The position numbers were made by a program, and so were the translations under genes. Source: Gemmatimonadales bacterium (GTDB taxonomy: Bacteria; Gemmatimonadota; Gemmatimonadetes; Palauibacterales; KS3-K002). From it: a DNA stretch of 60,159 bases. Below the pieces are notes generated by a model. That model had not been told where the DNA came from. It did no database searches and saw only the letters and a program-made list of their open reading frames with translations. The number at the start of each line of letters is the position of its first letter. The first letter of the stretch is position 1. Positions 17,392 to 26,416 of the stretch are shown in pieces. The stretch is taken from positions 1 through 60,159 of the forward strand of contig JASFTY010000001.1 in the NCBI GenBank assembly GCA_050050535.1. Direction: 5' to 3'.

Positions 17392-17476
17392 GACATAGAA
17401 GAGCCCGGGCGTGGTGCCCGGGCTCGTTGGGCAGCGGGTTCACTCTGGGCTCTCGAGCGAGTCCCGCCGCACGCGG
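17392..17476 (-). ncRNA. Candidate short sigma-54-dependent transcript (sRNA), speculative
   Basis: Lies between the orphan -24/-12 element (17487..17501) and the hairpin 17401..17425, which on the minus strand is followed by UUCUAUGU. An internal stem GCGGGACUC...GAGU(GAA)CCCGC is possible. No credible ORF. Confidence 0.25.
17401..17425. terminator. Perfect 10-bp GC hairpin between convergent transcription units
   Basis: gagcccgggc-gtggt-gcccgggctc, 18 nt after the stop at 17383. It could terminate both strands. Confidence 0.5.
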
Positions 17477-17486
17477 TCCTCGAGGT

Positions 17487-17501
17487 GGCAACTCGCGTGC
17501 C
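17487..17501 (-). promoter_or_regulatory. Sigma-54 type -24/-12 element (orphan copy)
   Basis: Minus strand GGCACgcgagTTGCC has canonical GG-N10-GC spacing and is identical to the pilin-operon element. It sits downstream of the pilX-like stop with no CDS ahead of it. Confidence 0.45.
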
Positions 17502-17636
17502 GGGGCGCCGGCCTGCCGTCTTAGTTCCGTCGCCCCAACGGATTCCGCTGGCGGGAGTCGGCGCCCGGGCTCGCGCTATGCGGGCAAATTTTGTCCAGGT
17601 CCAGCAAAACTTGTTTCCCTGCGATCCACCTCCTAC

Positions 17637-19520
17637 TCAGCGCAGCCCCGCGAAGAATGCCGCCACATCCGCGAAGGCGCTGGGGTTCACCTCGTAGTAG
17701 CGGTTCTTCCCGTAGGCGCCCGTCGTCGGGTAGTGGGGTGGCGGACAGAACCTGGCGTTCGAGTCGTAGGCGTAGCGCTTCATGTACCCCTCGCCGCTGG
17801 TGAGTCCGACGGCGCCCCTCGTCTTCTGGATCAGTCCCCCCGTCAGGTACAGGCAACCGCGACCGTTGGGTCGATCTTCACAGGCCTCGGCGTCGCGCGG
17901 CCCGCTGTGGAAGTTCTCGACCGTGAAGCTCTGATCCAGCGTCAAGACTACGCCATCGATGAACTCGGACGGCGTGTCGTCGTAGGTGCGGCGACCACCC
18001 GGCACATTCGGGAATCGCTGAGGCGCGTTCAGGTTGTTGTCCGCCACGTAGAAGTTGCGCGCCGCGAGGAAGCCTGCGATGTCATTGCACTGCGCTGCAT
18101 TCGCGGGCACGGAATAGTTGAAGTCGTCGAGCAGCACGATGTTGTCGCTCGACACGATGGTGACACGGCCATTGAGCTCACCGCTCACGCCGATCAGGCC
18201 GTCGAAGAACAGGACGCCGCGAAATTCACCGTTATGTTCGCGGCTCAGCGGGAAGAGGAACGGGGCATCGTCGCGTCCCGCTAGAGCTTCGGGTATCGTC
18301 ATGCCCGGCGCGTGGTCTTCCCGTCTCAGCCACCCTGAGTCGTCGTCCGAACCGTCCCACTCATCGAAGCTCCGGCCGTCCATCCGCAGGCGGGGGTCCC
18401 CACCCAGATAGCAGCGGGAGGTTGGCGAGCGCGCCACCTCTCTGTAGACGCGCGTCCAATCGCTGGCGTCCTCGCCGTGCAGCAAGGCTGAATGGTTCTG
18501 CCATACGGCGATGTCGCCGGAGTACGGACCATCGTAGCCTTCGCCCAAGTAGAGCCGGCGGTGATTCGAGGCAGAGATGAACGTAGCTTCGCCGGTCACC
18601 GGATGGTTGTGTGTATCGCCGCAGTTCTCTGTCCATGTGTCCGTCCCTCTTGCCGCAAGCCATGCTGTGCTCGGAGACCTGTAGATTCTGTAGAAGCCTT
18701 CGCCTTCGTCGATCACGTCGCCGTCGCCGTTCAAGTCGATCACGACGAACTCGACCCGCATGCGGACATCGGTGGGGCCGCCGGTCGACGGGGTCGCGAA
18801 CAGCGAGCGGCCGCTCGCCGCCAGCGCTCGCAACCGGCTGAGATCGCCGCTGTCAGGCATCGGGATGGTGTCGACGTACTCCTCGTAGCCTTTCTCGAAC
18901 CTGCCGTTCCCGGGATAGAGAACGTCGCGCGCCGTGGTGACCTCGGCGTGGAAGGTCGCACCGGTGGAGTGGACCTTGATCTGATCGTTCGAGTGCACCG
19001 GGCCGAGCAGCCGGTCGCCGGCACCGAACCAGATGTTCCCGCCCTCGCTATCCGTGAAGTAGGCGAACCTGGCGAAGCTCTCCTCCGTCAGTTCAAGCCG
19101 CACGATGACCTCACTCCCACGTCCGCGAGCAACGCCCACGACACTGGCGAAGTTGCCGGTGCGGCCCGTCGCTGATCCGCTGCGGCCTGCGTAGATGCTC
19201 AGCTCGTAGTCGGCGAGCGGGTTACCCTCAGCATCCACCGGTGTGAGGCCGGATTCGAGAACGTTGTGTCCGACGTCCGGCAGCGCTTGCTCGTCCCGGT
19301 TGATGCGGCTGTGTCCCATCTCCGCCGCCATTGCCGCCAGGTAACGGAGATCGACCTGGGTCTGGGAGTAGATACGGAGCTGTCGCTCGCTGCCGCTCCT
19401 GAGGACCGCACCGGCGCTGACCGCGGCCAATACGACCAGCATCACCAGTGTGAGGATCAGTGCCGCACCGCGCTCGCCGTCCCGGCACAACGAGCCGGAC
19501 TCAACGCGATGTACTCTCAT
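17637..19520 (-). CDS. PilX-like type IV pilus minor pilin with very large C-terminal domain
   Basis: Start set at ATG 19520 (GGAGG SD). ERGAALILTLVMLVVLAAVSAGAVLRSGSERQ matches the PilX N-terminal domain. About 560 further residues include a GPVHSNDQIKV beta-helix-like motif. Confidence 0.65.
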   Translation of the reverse strand: MRVHRVESGSLCRDGERGAALILTLVMLVVLAAVSAGAVLRSGSERQLRIYSQTQVDLRYLAAMAAEMGHSRINRDEQALPDVGHNVLESGLTPVDAEGNPLADYELSIYAGRSGSATGRTGNFASVVGVARGRGSEVIVRLELTEESFARFAYFTDSEGGNIWFGAGDRLLGPVHSNDQIKVHSTGATFHAEVTTARDVLYPGNGRFEKGYEEYVDTIPMPDSGDLSRLRALAASGRSLFATPSTGGPTDVRMRVEFVVIDLNGDGDVIDEGEGFYRIYRSPSTAWLAARGTDTWTENCGDTHNHPVTGEATFISASNHRRLYLGEGYDGPYSGDIAVWQNHSALLHGEDASDWTRVYREVARSPTSRCYLGGDPRLRMDGRSFDEWDGSDDDSGWLRREDHAPGMTIPEALAGRDDAPFLFPLSREHNGEFRGVLFFDGLIGVSGELNGRVTIVSSDNIVLLDDFNYSVPANAAQCNDIAGFLAARNFYVADNNLNAPQRFPNVPGGRRTYDDTPSEFIDGVVLTLDQSFTVENFHSGPRDAEACEDRPNGRGCLYLTGGLIQKTRGAVGLTSGEGYMKRYAYDSNARFCPPPHYPTTGAYGKNRYYEVNPSAFADVAAFFAGLR

Positions 19521-19545
19521 CCGCCACACCTCCGGGTTCCGGGCG

Positions 19546-20709
19546 CTAGCCGCCCGGTGTGGTGACCGGTCCGGACGCGGCGAGCCCCGATTGAGCCGGC
19601 GTGCAATCGGTAGCGCCGAGCAGGTACACGTAGGTCTTGCCCGCCTGCAAATCCGAATCGACGTACACGTAGCTTGCTCCCGACGCGCCGGGTGGCAGTG
19701 CTGCGATCGGGCGGGGGAGTGGCTCACTCAGGTCGTGTCGATACAGCGTGTACTGCCGAACATCCATTTCGCCGGCCGACTCATCGACCGCTGGCGGCCA
19801 CGTCACCGTCACGCTGAGGGGAGACGTAAGAGTGGCGCTCGGCGCGACCCCCAGTTGCGGTGGATCGCCACACGCGGCGTTGCGAATCAAGCCTGCGTTC
19901 TTGAGTGCGATGCCCACGACGAACGGCCGTGCCACAGTCTCTCCAGGCCGGTCCCCATTCACCACGACGGTGAAGGCGGCCTCGACGAGCTTGATGCTGT
20001 CGGTGAGCGCGGAGGCCGCCGTGTCGGCGGCCGACCCGTGCTCGGGCGCGGCGTGCCAGATCGGGCCGCCACTCAGGTACCGTTGCCGACCTTCGGGGTC
20101 CATGAGCAGGTACGAGAAGAAGGCGCGCCCCTCGACCCGCTCGAGCCCGCGGAGCAGCGTGTCGGCGAGCTGCGCGTTCACTCGCCGGGTCAGCGCGTAG
20201 CGGCCGTCGCCGGTAGTCACGAACGAGAAGTGCAGCGTCTCGGCGGGACCCGGTGTACGGTCGGGGCCATACCAGCGCTGCGGGTAGTGCGCACCGTTGG
20301 GCAGGACGACGGAGGCCGAGTCTGCACCCTCGGTCTCGGTCACGGGCGCGCCAGGCAACTGGTAGACCGCGACGCGATCGCCCGGCGTGCTCGAAGCGAG
20401 GTCGACGCTGAAGACGAAGTCGTCCGGTCCGGCGAAGACGACTAGTGGTTGAGCATCCGGGATACCGGCACCGGCGAGGCCCGCTTCGCGACGCAGGAGC
20501 TCGGAGGCGAAGCGCGCCCGCTGCACTGCCTCGACCCTCACCCCAGCCAACCGAGAGCTGCGGTTCTGGGCAACGAAGAAGGAAAGCATCGAGCCGACGA
20601 CGATCCCGCTGATCGTCAGCGTCACGAGCAACTCGACCAGCGTGATACCGGCTCGGCGGCCGCGCTCGCGGTGCCGCGTCGTTTTTGCTCCGTCTGCGGA
20701 TGGCGTCAT
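19546..20709 (-). CDS. PilW-like minor pilin with C-terminal FN3-like domain
   Basis: Prepilin-type N-terminus RAG/ITLVELLVTLTISGIVVGS. The C-terminus (SVTVTWPPAVDESAGEMDVRQYTLYR...GKTYVYLLGATD) looks like a fibronectin type III module. Confidence 0.7.
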   Translation of the reverse strand: MTPSADGAKTTRHRERGRRAGITLVELLVTLTISGIVVGSMLSFFVAQNRSSRLAGVRVEAVQRARFASELLRREAGLAGAGIPDAQPLVVFAGPDDFVFSVDLASSTPGDRVAVYQLPGAPVTETEGADSASVVLPNGAHYPQRWYGPDRTPGPAETLHFSFVTTGDGRYALTRRVNAQLADTLLRGLERVEGRAFFSYLLMDPEGRQRYLSGGPIWHAAPEHGSAADTAASALTDSIKLVEAAFTVVVNGDRPGETVARPFVVGIALKNAGLIRNAACGDPPQLGVAPSATLTSPLSVTVTWPPAVDESAGEMDVRQYTLYRHDLSEPLPRPIAALPPGASGASYVYVDSDLQAGKTYVYLLGATDCTPAQSGLAASGPVTTPGG

Positions 20710-20729
20710 CTTCTCGTGTTCCAGCTTCC

Positions 20730-21140
20730 CTACTCGGCCACCGCCGTGCTGACACCCACGGGACGCAGGCCGCGGGGAGGCTCGACCGTGACGGTGATCA
20801 GGCGATAGGCGTAAAGTTCCTCAAGGTCCTCGCCGAACACCGCCACGTCGACGCGCCGCCTGAATTGCGGCGCCTCGGGCACGGGGGCCGCCGACCGAGA
20901 CACGATCTCATCGTACGGCAGCAGCCTGACGCGCTCGAGCTCCTGCATAGCGAACTCCACGGCCTGGGCCTGGACCTCGGAGATGCCGGCCTGGTGGACG
21001 AACTCGACGATCACTCGACCGCTGACGAGGATCGCTACCGTGAAGAGCACGATCGCGATCAGGACCTCCAGCACGGTGAAACCGCGTGTCGGGTCAGCCC
21101 CTGCAGGCGCGTCAGCTCGTCGACCACTTGCTGCCGTCAT
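20730..21140 (-). CDS. PilV-like minor pilin (prepilin-type N-terminal cleavage/methylation domain)
   Basis: TRG/FTVLEVLIAIVLFTVAILV N-terminus, small size, and a position between the FimT-like and PilW-like genes. Confidence 0.7.
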   Translation of the reverse strand: MTAASGRRADAPAGADPTRGFTVLEVLIAIVLFTVAILVSGRVIVEFVHQAGISEVQAQAVEFAMQELERVRLLPYDEIVSRSAAPVPEAPQFRRRVDVAVFGEDLEELYAYRLITVTVEPPRGLRPVGVSTAVAE

Positions 21141-21687
21141 AGCGATGGACTTCCGTGTAGCCGGTCGCGCGGTGGAGAACGACTACTCTCCCCTTCTCCG
21201 CACCCGGCCAACCCACGTAGACCGCACCCTCCTGTGACGCGGATCCGTTGCGTAGAAACGTCACGGTGCCGGCCTCGAAGCTTACCGCCCCGCCGGTAAA
21301 GCCCGCGTAGGGGGGCGCGTCGCCTCGGTCGAACCGCACGTTCCCGTCCAGGGTGTGTCTGATCGCACGTTCGTCGTCGTCGACCGACCCGTCGCCGTTC
21401 GCGTCCTCGTGAATGACGATGGACCCCGTGGCAACTTCGAACCTGACAACAACATCGTGCTGCTTCAGTACCGCCAGCGTCCGGGCGGCGCGCAGCCGCT
21501 GGTTCACTTCCTGTATGGCCGTGTCCAGACGCCAACTCGAGCTGTCGATGCGTGCGACGTTGAACGCCAGCACCAGGCCGATCAGCGCCAGCGTCACACC
21601 GAGCTCGACGGCCGTGAACCCGGCGTCCGATCGGGACGCAGCCGTGGCGAGCTTGCGCTCCGCCTGTCGAGGGGCATGGTCGGCCAT
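21112..21687 (-). CDS. FimT/GspH family pseudopilin
   Basis: DAG/FTAVELGVTLALIGLVLAF prepilin N-terminus followed by LDTAIQEVNQRLRAARTLAV...VVVRF, typical of GspH/FimT. Confidence 0.75.
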   Translation of the reverse strand: MADHAPRQAERKLATAASRSDAGFTAVELGVTLALIGLVLAFNVARIDSSSWRLDTAIQEVNQRLRAARTLAVLKQHDVVVRFEVATGSIVIHEDANGDGSVDDDERAIRHTLDGNVRFDRGDAPPYAGFTGGAVSFEAGTVTFLRNGSASQEGAVYVGWPGAEKGRVVVLHRATGYTEVHRYDGSKWSTS

Positions 21688-21764
21688 CGCCGCGAGACCC
21701 AGCGGTGAGGGGTTATGCCGGTGACGGTATGGGTAGGGACGGGACTTTCCTTCCGAGGGAGAGG

Positions 21765-21779
21765 GGCAACTCGCGTGCC
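21765..21779 (-). promoter_or_regulatory. Sigma-54 type -24/-12 promoter of the minor-pilin operon
   Basis: Minus strand cGGCACgcgagTTGCC with canonical spacing, about 78 nt upstream of ATG 21687. A dyad CGCGGGAAA-N9-TTTCCGCG at 21892..21920 lies about 130 nt upstream and is UAS-like. Confidence 0.5.
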
Positions 21780-21921
21780 GCCGGGCCGGCTTCGAGGTCT
21801 ATCTGAGTCCCGACCAACGGGTTCCACGGCGGTGCGATCCGCCGGGCTCCGTCGGCACCGGTCACATTTACCGAGCCGCAGAGGCAAACTCTGCGCGGAA
21901 ACCGCAAAACTTTCCCGCGAA

Positions 21922-22692
21922 CTAGCCGCCCCTCTCGAGCCCCTGCCTGGCGAGGAAGTTCCGCACCTCGTACGCCATCGCCTTGAACAGAGCCGTCTCC
22001 CGCTCGTCTAGATCGGCCCTGGCAGCTACCTCACGCACCGTCCGCATCAGAGGCTTGACCTTCTGTGCCTTGAAGAAATCGATGGCGTGCAGCGAGGCTT
22101 CGACCTCGCTGAACAGGCTCTCCAGCTCCCGCCGGTCTGCGCGGGCCGCTGCGCGCCTCGGCCGCTTGAATGGCCGCGCAGCCTCGGCGGCCAGGAAGAT
22201 CTCGTAGACGACGACCAACACGGCTTGGGCGAGGTTGAGGCTCGAGTGCCCCGGGTCGGTGGGGATCACGATGACCCGGTTGCAGAGGTCCAGCTCCTCG
22301 TTGCTGAGCCCCCGGTCCTCGCGGCCGAAGACGAGCATCACATCGTCGCCGCTCTGCGCGACCTCGGCGATCTCGACCGCCGCATCCCGCGGGCGCACGT
22401 AGTTCCGACGTACGCGCCGACCCCGGGCCGTCGTCCCCACCACCAATTTCGCCCCAGCCAGCGCATCATCCAGCCGCTCGAAGTGCTCGGCCGATTCGAC
22501 TACGTCGGTGCCGGTGTGGGCGACGCCGCTGATCCTGTAAGGGTCGAACCCGCCGGGTCGCACCAGACGCAGACGGCTCAACCCCATGTTCTTCATCGCG
22601 CGAACGACCATCCCGATATTCACCGGGTCCTGAGGTTCGTCGAGCGCGATGACCACGTGCTGCAATACCTGTCGTGAACCCATAGTGCCCAT
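21922..22692 (-). CDS. trmJ: SpoU/TrmH-family tRNA 2'-O-methyltransferase (TrmJ-like)
   Basis: VIALDEPQDPVNIGMVVRAMKNMGL, VFGREDRGLSNEEL and SLNLAQAVLVVVYE are the three SPOUT motifs. The size and C-terminal extension fit TrmJ. Confidence 0.8.
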   Translation of the reverse strand: MGTMGSRQVLQHVVIALDEPQDPVNIGMVVRAMKNMGLSRLRLVRPGGFDPYRISGVAHTGTDVVESAEHFERLDDALAGAKLVVGTTARGRRVRRNYVRPRDAAVEIAEVAQSGDDVMLVFGREDRGLSNEELDLCNRVIVIPTDPGHSSLNLAQAVLVVVYEIFLAAEAARPFKRPRRAAARADRRELESLFSEVEASLHAIDFFKAQKVKPLMRTVREVAARADLDERETALFKAMAYEVRNFLARQGLERGG

Positions 22693-22740
22693 AAGCAGTG
22701 AGTAACCAGAGTCGTGGCCGGCGCCGAGCCGCCGGTCCCG

Positions 22741-22800
22741 TGGCCGGCAGCCGGTAGACAGTAGCCGGTCGGCGCTACACCGTCTACCGGTTATCGGCCA
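22741..22800 (+). promoter_or_regulatory. Extended nested hairpin in the long leader upstream of 22988
   Basis: tggccg-gcag-ccggtagac-a-gtagc-cggtcg-gctac-acc-gtctaccgg-ttat-cggcca: three nested stems (6+9+5 bp). Confidence 0.3.
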
Positions 22801-22987
22801 TCACAACCTAGACGGGCAGTGGACCATGCCCGAAACAACCTGCACACGCTGTGCAGAAGAGTGCACCGCGCTCGATCGGCTGGTCGAGCCGTACTCGAGA
22901 CGATCTCGTTTGCGGAGTGCGCCGACTGGCGCCAATATGCATGGACCCAACAGCGAGATCACCCTCCGGCAAGCGGGAGGACCGTCG

Positions 22988-23272
22988 ATGCACGCAGCAG
23001 GATCAGCAGGCGCCGCCGCCGCAGCGATCGCCCAGGCCGTCAAAGCATCGGGTGCGATCGTGAGGATGGAACCCAACGACTTCGCGCAAATCGTCCAGCG
23101 CGCCGAGCAACCGATCGTGGTCATGGCGACCAGCAAGATATTCGGACGAACCAGTTACAAGTACCTCACGAGCTACAAAGGGCTGGCGTTCTACACCAAG
23201 TCGCCCAGCCAGTTACCGCTGGGCGTGAGGACAGAGCTGGTCTACGCCAAGCAGATCTGGATACCAGGCTAG
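22988..23272 (+). CDS. Small hypothetical protein (94 aa)
   Basis: ATG 22988 has a GGGAGG SD 7 nt upstream. The first 54 codons of track ORF 22826..23272 overlap structured RNA-like sequence. No family recognised. Confidence 0.55.
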   Translation: MHAAGSAGAAAAAIAQAVKASGAIVRMEPNDFAQIVQRAEQPIVVMATSKIFGRTSYKYLTSYKGLAFYTKSPSQLPLGVRTELVYAKQIWIPG

Positions 23273-23294
23273 CAGCAGAGAGCAGAGCCAGCTC

Positions 23295-23690
23295 GTGATG
23301 GAATTCCGACGCACCTACTCGGGCGCCCCGTGGGAGCCTGCCATCGGTTACTGCCGGGCGCTGCGCGCCGGAGCACACATCTACGTGACCGGCACGGCAC
23401 CGGTGGCAGAGGACGGCACCGTCTTCGCACCCGGCGACGGCTACGCGCAGGCGCTGCGCTGCTTCGAGATCATCGAGCGGGCGCTGCGCGACCTCGGCGC
23501 CGATCTCTCACACGTCGTCCGCACCCGCATGTTCGTCACCGACATCGGCCGCTGGCAGGAGTTCGGCCGCGCCCACGCTGAAGTTTTCGGCGACCGGCCG
23601 CCCGCCACCACGATGGTCGAGGTCAAGCGCCTCGTCGGCCCCGAGATGCTGATCGAGGTCGAGGCGGACGCGGTCTGCGCCGACGGCTAA
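23295..23690 (+). CDS. RidA/YjgF/Rid family protein
   Basis: GAHIYVTGTAPVAEDGTV, ALRCFEIIERALRDLGADLSHVVRTRMFVTDI and IEVEADAV are typical of the YjgF/RidA fold. Confidence 0.85.
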   Translation: MMEFRRTYSGAPWEPAIGYCRALRAGAHIYVTGTAPVAEDGTVFAPGDGYAQALRCFEIIERALRDLGADLSHVVRTRMFVTDIGRWQEFGRAHAEVFGDRPPATTMVEVKRLVGPEMLIEVEADAVCADG

Positions 23691-23831
23691 CGCCCGGGCC
23701 CGTCTGGCGGAGCGGCTGGACGCGGCGTAGCTTCGCCACACCGGGAGACTTCCGACCTCACGACGTAGCCCCTCAGACCGCGCCCGCGAGAGCCCGGTCT
23801 GCCCGAACAACCGAAATGGGGGGTAAGCCCA

Positions 23832-26411
23832 ATGAAGACGCGTCTGTTAGCCGTCGCCCCAACCGCCCTTCTCCTACTGGCCGCGAGCGGCATACCGGCT
23901 GCCGCACAGATACCCAGCTTCGCCGAGGTCACCGGCCACGAGTTCGGCGAACGGATCACGGTCCATCACGACATGGTCGCTTACTTGAAGACCCTGGACG
24001 AGGTCTCGGACCGCGTGCGCGTGATCGAGCAGGGCGAGTCGTGGGAGAAACGACTCTTGCTGGTCGCGATCGTGACGGCGCCCGATAACCACGCGCGGTT
24101 GGAGGAGATCCGGCAGGCTGTACACCGGCTGAGCGACGCGCGGACGACGGGCCCGGACGAAGCGGCGCGCATCATAGAGGGCCAGCCGGTGGTCCTCTGG
24201 TACGGTGGGTCGATCCATGGCAACGAGCTGTCGGGATCCGAGGGACTGTTGAAGCTGCTCGAACACCTGACGACGCGGAGTGACGCGGCGACGATGGAGG
24301 TACTGCGGAATGCGGTGATCCTCATCGATCCGATGCTCAACCCGGACGGGCGCGATGCGTTCGCCAACCTCAACCACCAGAATCTGGGGCGCGAGCCGAA
24401 CCCTCTGCGGGAGGATTGGAACAACGACTTCACTCGCTGGCAAGGCACACAGTTCCGAACGGGCCATTACTACTTCGACACAAACCGCGATTGGTTCGCA
24501 CACACGCAGCGGGAAACGCAGGCGCGGATCCCGACCTTACTGGCCTGGCGTCCACAAGTCATTGTCGACGCTCACGAGATGGGCACGGACTCGGAGTTCT
24601 TCTTCGACCCCGGCGTGGATCCGTACGCGCCTTACTTCCCGGAGCACTCGAAGCGGTGGTTGGACATCTTCTGCCGCGCTTACGCCGCCGCCTTCGACTC
24701 GGCGGGCTTCGAGTACACCACCCGCGAGCTGTTCGACTACTTCTACCCGGGTTACACCACGTCGCTGCGCTACCTGGGTGCCGTTGGCATGCTTTACGAG
24801 AAGGGATCGAGCCGCGGGCTGGCGATCAATCGCTCCGATGAATCAACCTTGACCCTCAGGGAGGCCCTCGAATACCAGTACCTGGCGGCCTGGACGGCGG
24901 CCCGCACATCGGTGCGCGAGCGGACGACACTGCTCGACGAGTACTACGAGTCGCTGCGGGCCGACCTCGCCGAAGGCCGTCAGGGTATCCGGCGCTACCT
25001 GATCCCGCCAGAAGGAGATCCCCTCCACGTCGCCGAGCTGGTCAACATGCTGATGCGGAACGGGATCGAGGTGAGCGTTCTGACGCAAGCGGCTCGACTG
25101 AACGACGTGCGCGATCGCCGCGGGACGTCGATCGGCGGCCGCGAGTTCCCGGCCGGCACCTACGTCGTCGAGGCGGCCCAGCCTCTGAGCCGGCTCGCGC
25201 GTACGCTGCTGGAACCGGACACACCCACGCCGGAAGAGTTCCTGCGCGAGGCGCGGGAGCGAATCGAGCGAGCGGAGAGTCCACGCTTCTACGACATCAC
25301 CGCGTGGTCGCTGCCCCTGCTGTTCAACGTGGGTGGTTACAGTACCGGCGATGCGCGGACCGTGTCCGCTGAGCGGGTCACCGGCCGGGTCGTGCCCATG
25401 GCGACGACGTTGGATGAGCGACCCGGATACGCCTACCTGATCGACGGCAGCGCGGTCGCCTCGCTCAGCGCCCTCTACCATCTCGAGGCCCAAGGCTATC
25501 GGACGGCGGCCATCCGTGAGCCCACCAGGATTGCCGGACGGGACATCGCCAGCGGCACGGTCATCGTGCGAGTCGGCCAGAACGACGCGTCGGTGCACGA
25601 GGCGGTGCGTGAGGTCGCGGAGCGCTTCCGGTTGACGGTGCGCGGGACGGACACCGGGCTGGCCGATCCCGGGTACCCCGTCCTCGGTTCGGTCTACTCG
25701 GTGACCAAGGCTCACGAACCGAAGATCGCCATCCTGGCCGAGGGGCCGATCTCGGGCTACTCGTTCGGCTCAACCTGGTACACCCTCGACCAGCAATACG
25801 AGATTCCGATCACCGTGCTGCGCATCGGCTCCGTGGCCGGTGCAGACTTCGAAAGCTTCAACGCGATCATCGTACCGTCGGTTTCCGCGGGCGCGCTCCG
25901 GCGCGAGCTCGGCGACTCCGGCGTCGAACGCCTCACACAGTGGATCCGGGATGGCGGGACGCTGGTCACTTTGGCCTCGGCGACCGACTTCGCCCGCGAC
26001 CTCGAGCTGATCGACCTGCGCTCCTGGTACGAGCTCGAGGAGAACGAGGACGCGCAGCGGTTCGGCGTTCCCGGTGCCATCTTCGAGGCCAACTTGAACG
26101 AGCATCACTGGATGTCGGCCGGCTTCGAGGGGATGGAGCTACCGGTTCTCGTCAATTCGAGCAGCATCTATCTGCCACCCGAGGGCCCGCCGTCGTCGAG
26201 CAGGACGGTCATCGCGACCTACGGCCCGAAGATCGCCGGTCACGCGTGGCCGGAGACGCTGGAGCGCCTGGACGGTGCGGTGTTCGCCTACGAACAGCGC
26301 GTGGGTGGCGGTCGGGTGATCGCCTTCGCCGAGGACATCAACTTCAGGGCCTTCTGGCGTGGAGCGAACCGCCTGTTGCTGAACGCGGTGATCCTGGGGC
26401 CGAGCCAGTAG
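23832..26411 (+). CDS. Secreted M14 family zinc carboxypeptidase, multidomain
   Basis: Signal peptide. SIHGNELSG (HxxE zinc site), DPMLNPDGRD and a downstream HEMG block. Long C-terminal extension. Confidence 0.85.
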   Translation: MKTRLLAVAPTALLLLAASGIPAAAQIPSFAEVTGHEFGERITVHHDMVAYLKTLDEVSDRVRVIEQGESWEKRLLLVAIVTAPDNHARLEEIRQAVHRLSDARTTGPDEAARIIEGQPVVLWYGGSIHGNELSGSEGLLKLLEHLTTRSDAATMEVLRNAVILIDPMLNPDGRDAFANLNHQNLGREPNPLREDWNNDFTRWQGTQFRTGHYYFDTNRDWFAHTQRETQARIPTLLAWRPQVIVDAHEMGTDSEFFFDPGVDPYAPYFPEHSKRWLDIFCRAYAAAFDSAGFEYTTRELFDYFYPGYTTSLRYLGAVGMLYEKGSSRGLAINRSDESTLTLREALEYQYLAAWTAARTSVRERTTLLDEYYESLRADLAEGRQGIRRYLIPPEGDPLHVAELVNMLMRNGIEVSVLTQAARLNDVRDRRGTSIGGREFPAGTYVVEAAQPLSRLARTLLEPDTPTPEEFLREARERIERAESPRFYDITAWSLPLLFNVGGYSTGDARTVSAERVTGRVVPMATTLDERPGYAYLIDGSAVASLSALYHLEAQGYRTAAIREPTRIAGRDIASGTVIVRVGQNDASVHEAVREVAERFRLTVRGTDTGLADPGYPVLGSVYSVTKAHEPKIAILAEGPISGYSFGSTWYTLDQQYEIPITVLRIGSVAGADFESFNAIIVPSVSAGALRRELGDSGVERLTQWIRDGGTLVTLASATDFARDLELIDLRSWYELEENEDAQRFGVPGAIFEANLNEHHWMSAGFEGMELPVLVNSSSIYLPPEGPPSSSRTVIATYGPKIAGHAWPETLERLDGAVFAYEQRVGGGRVIAFAEDINFRAFWRGANRLLLNAVILGPSQ

Positions 26412-26416
26412 TGGTT

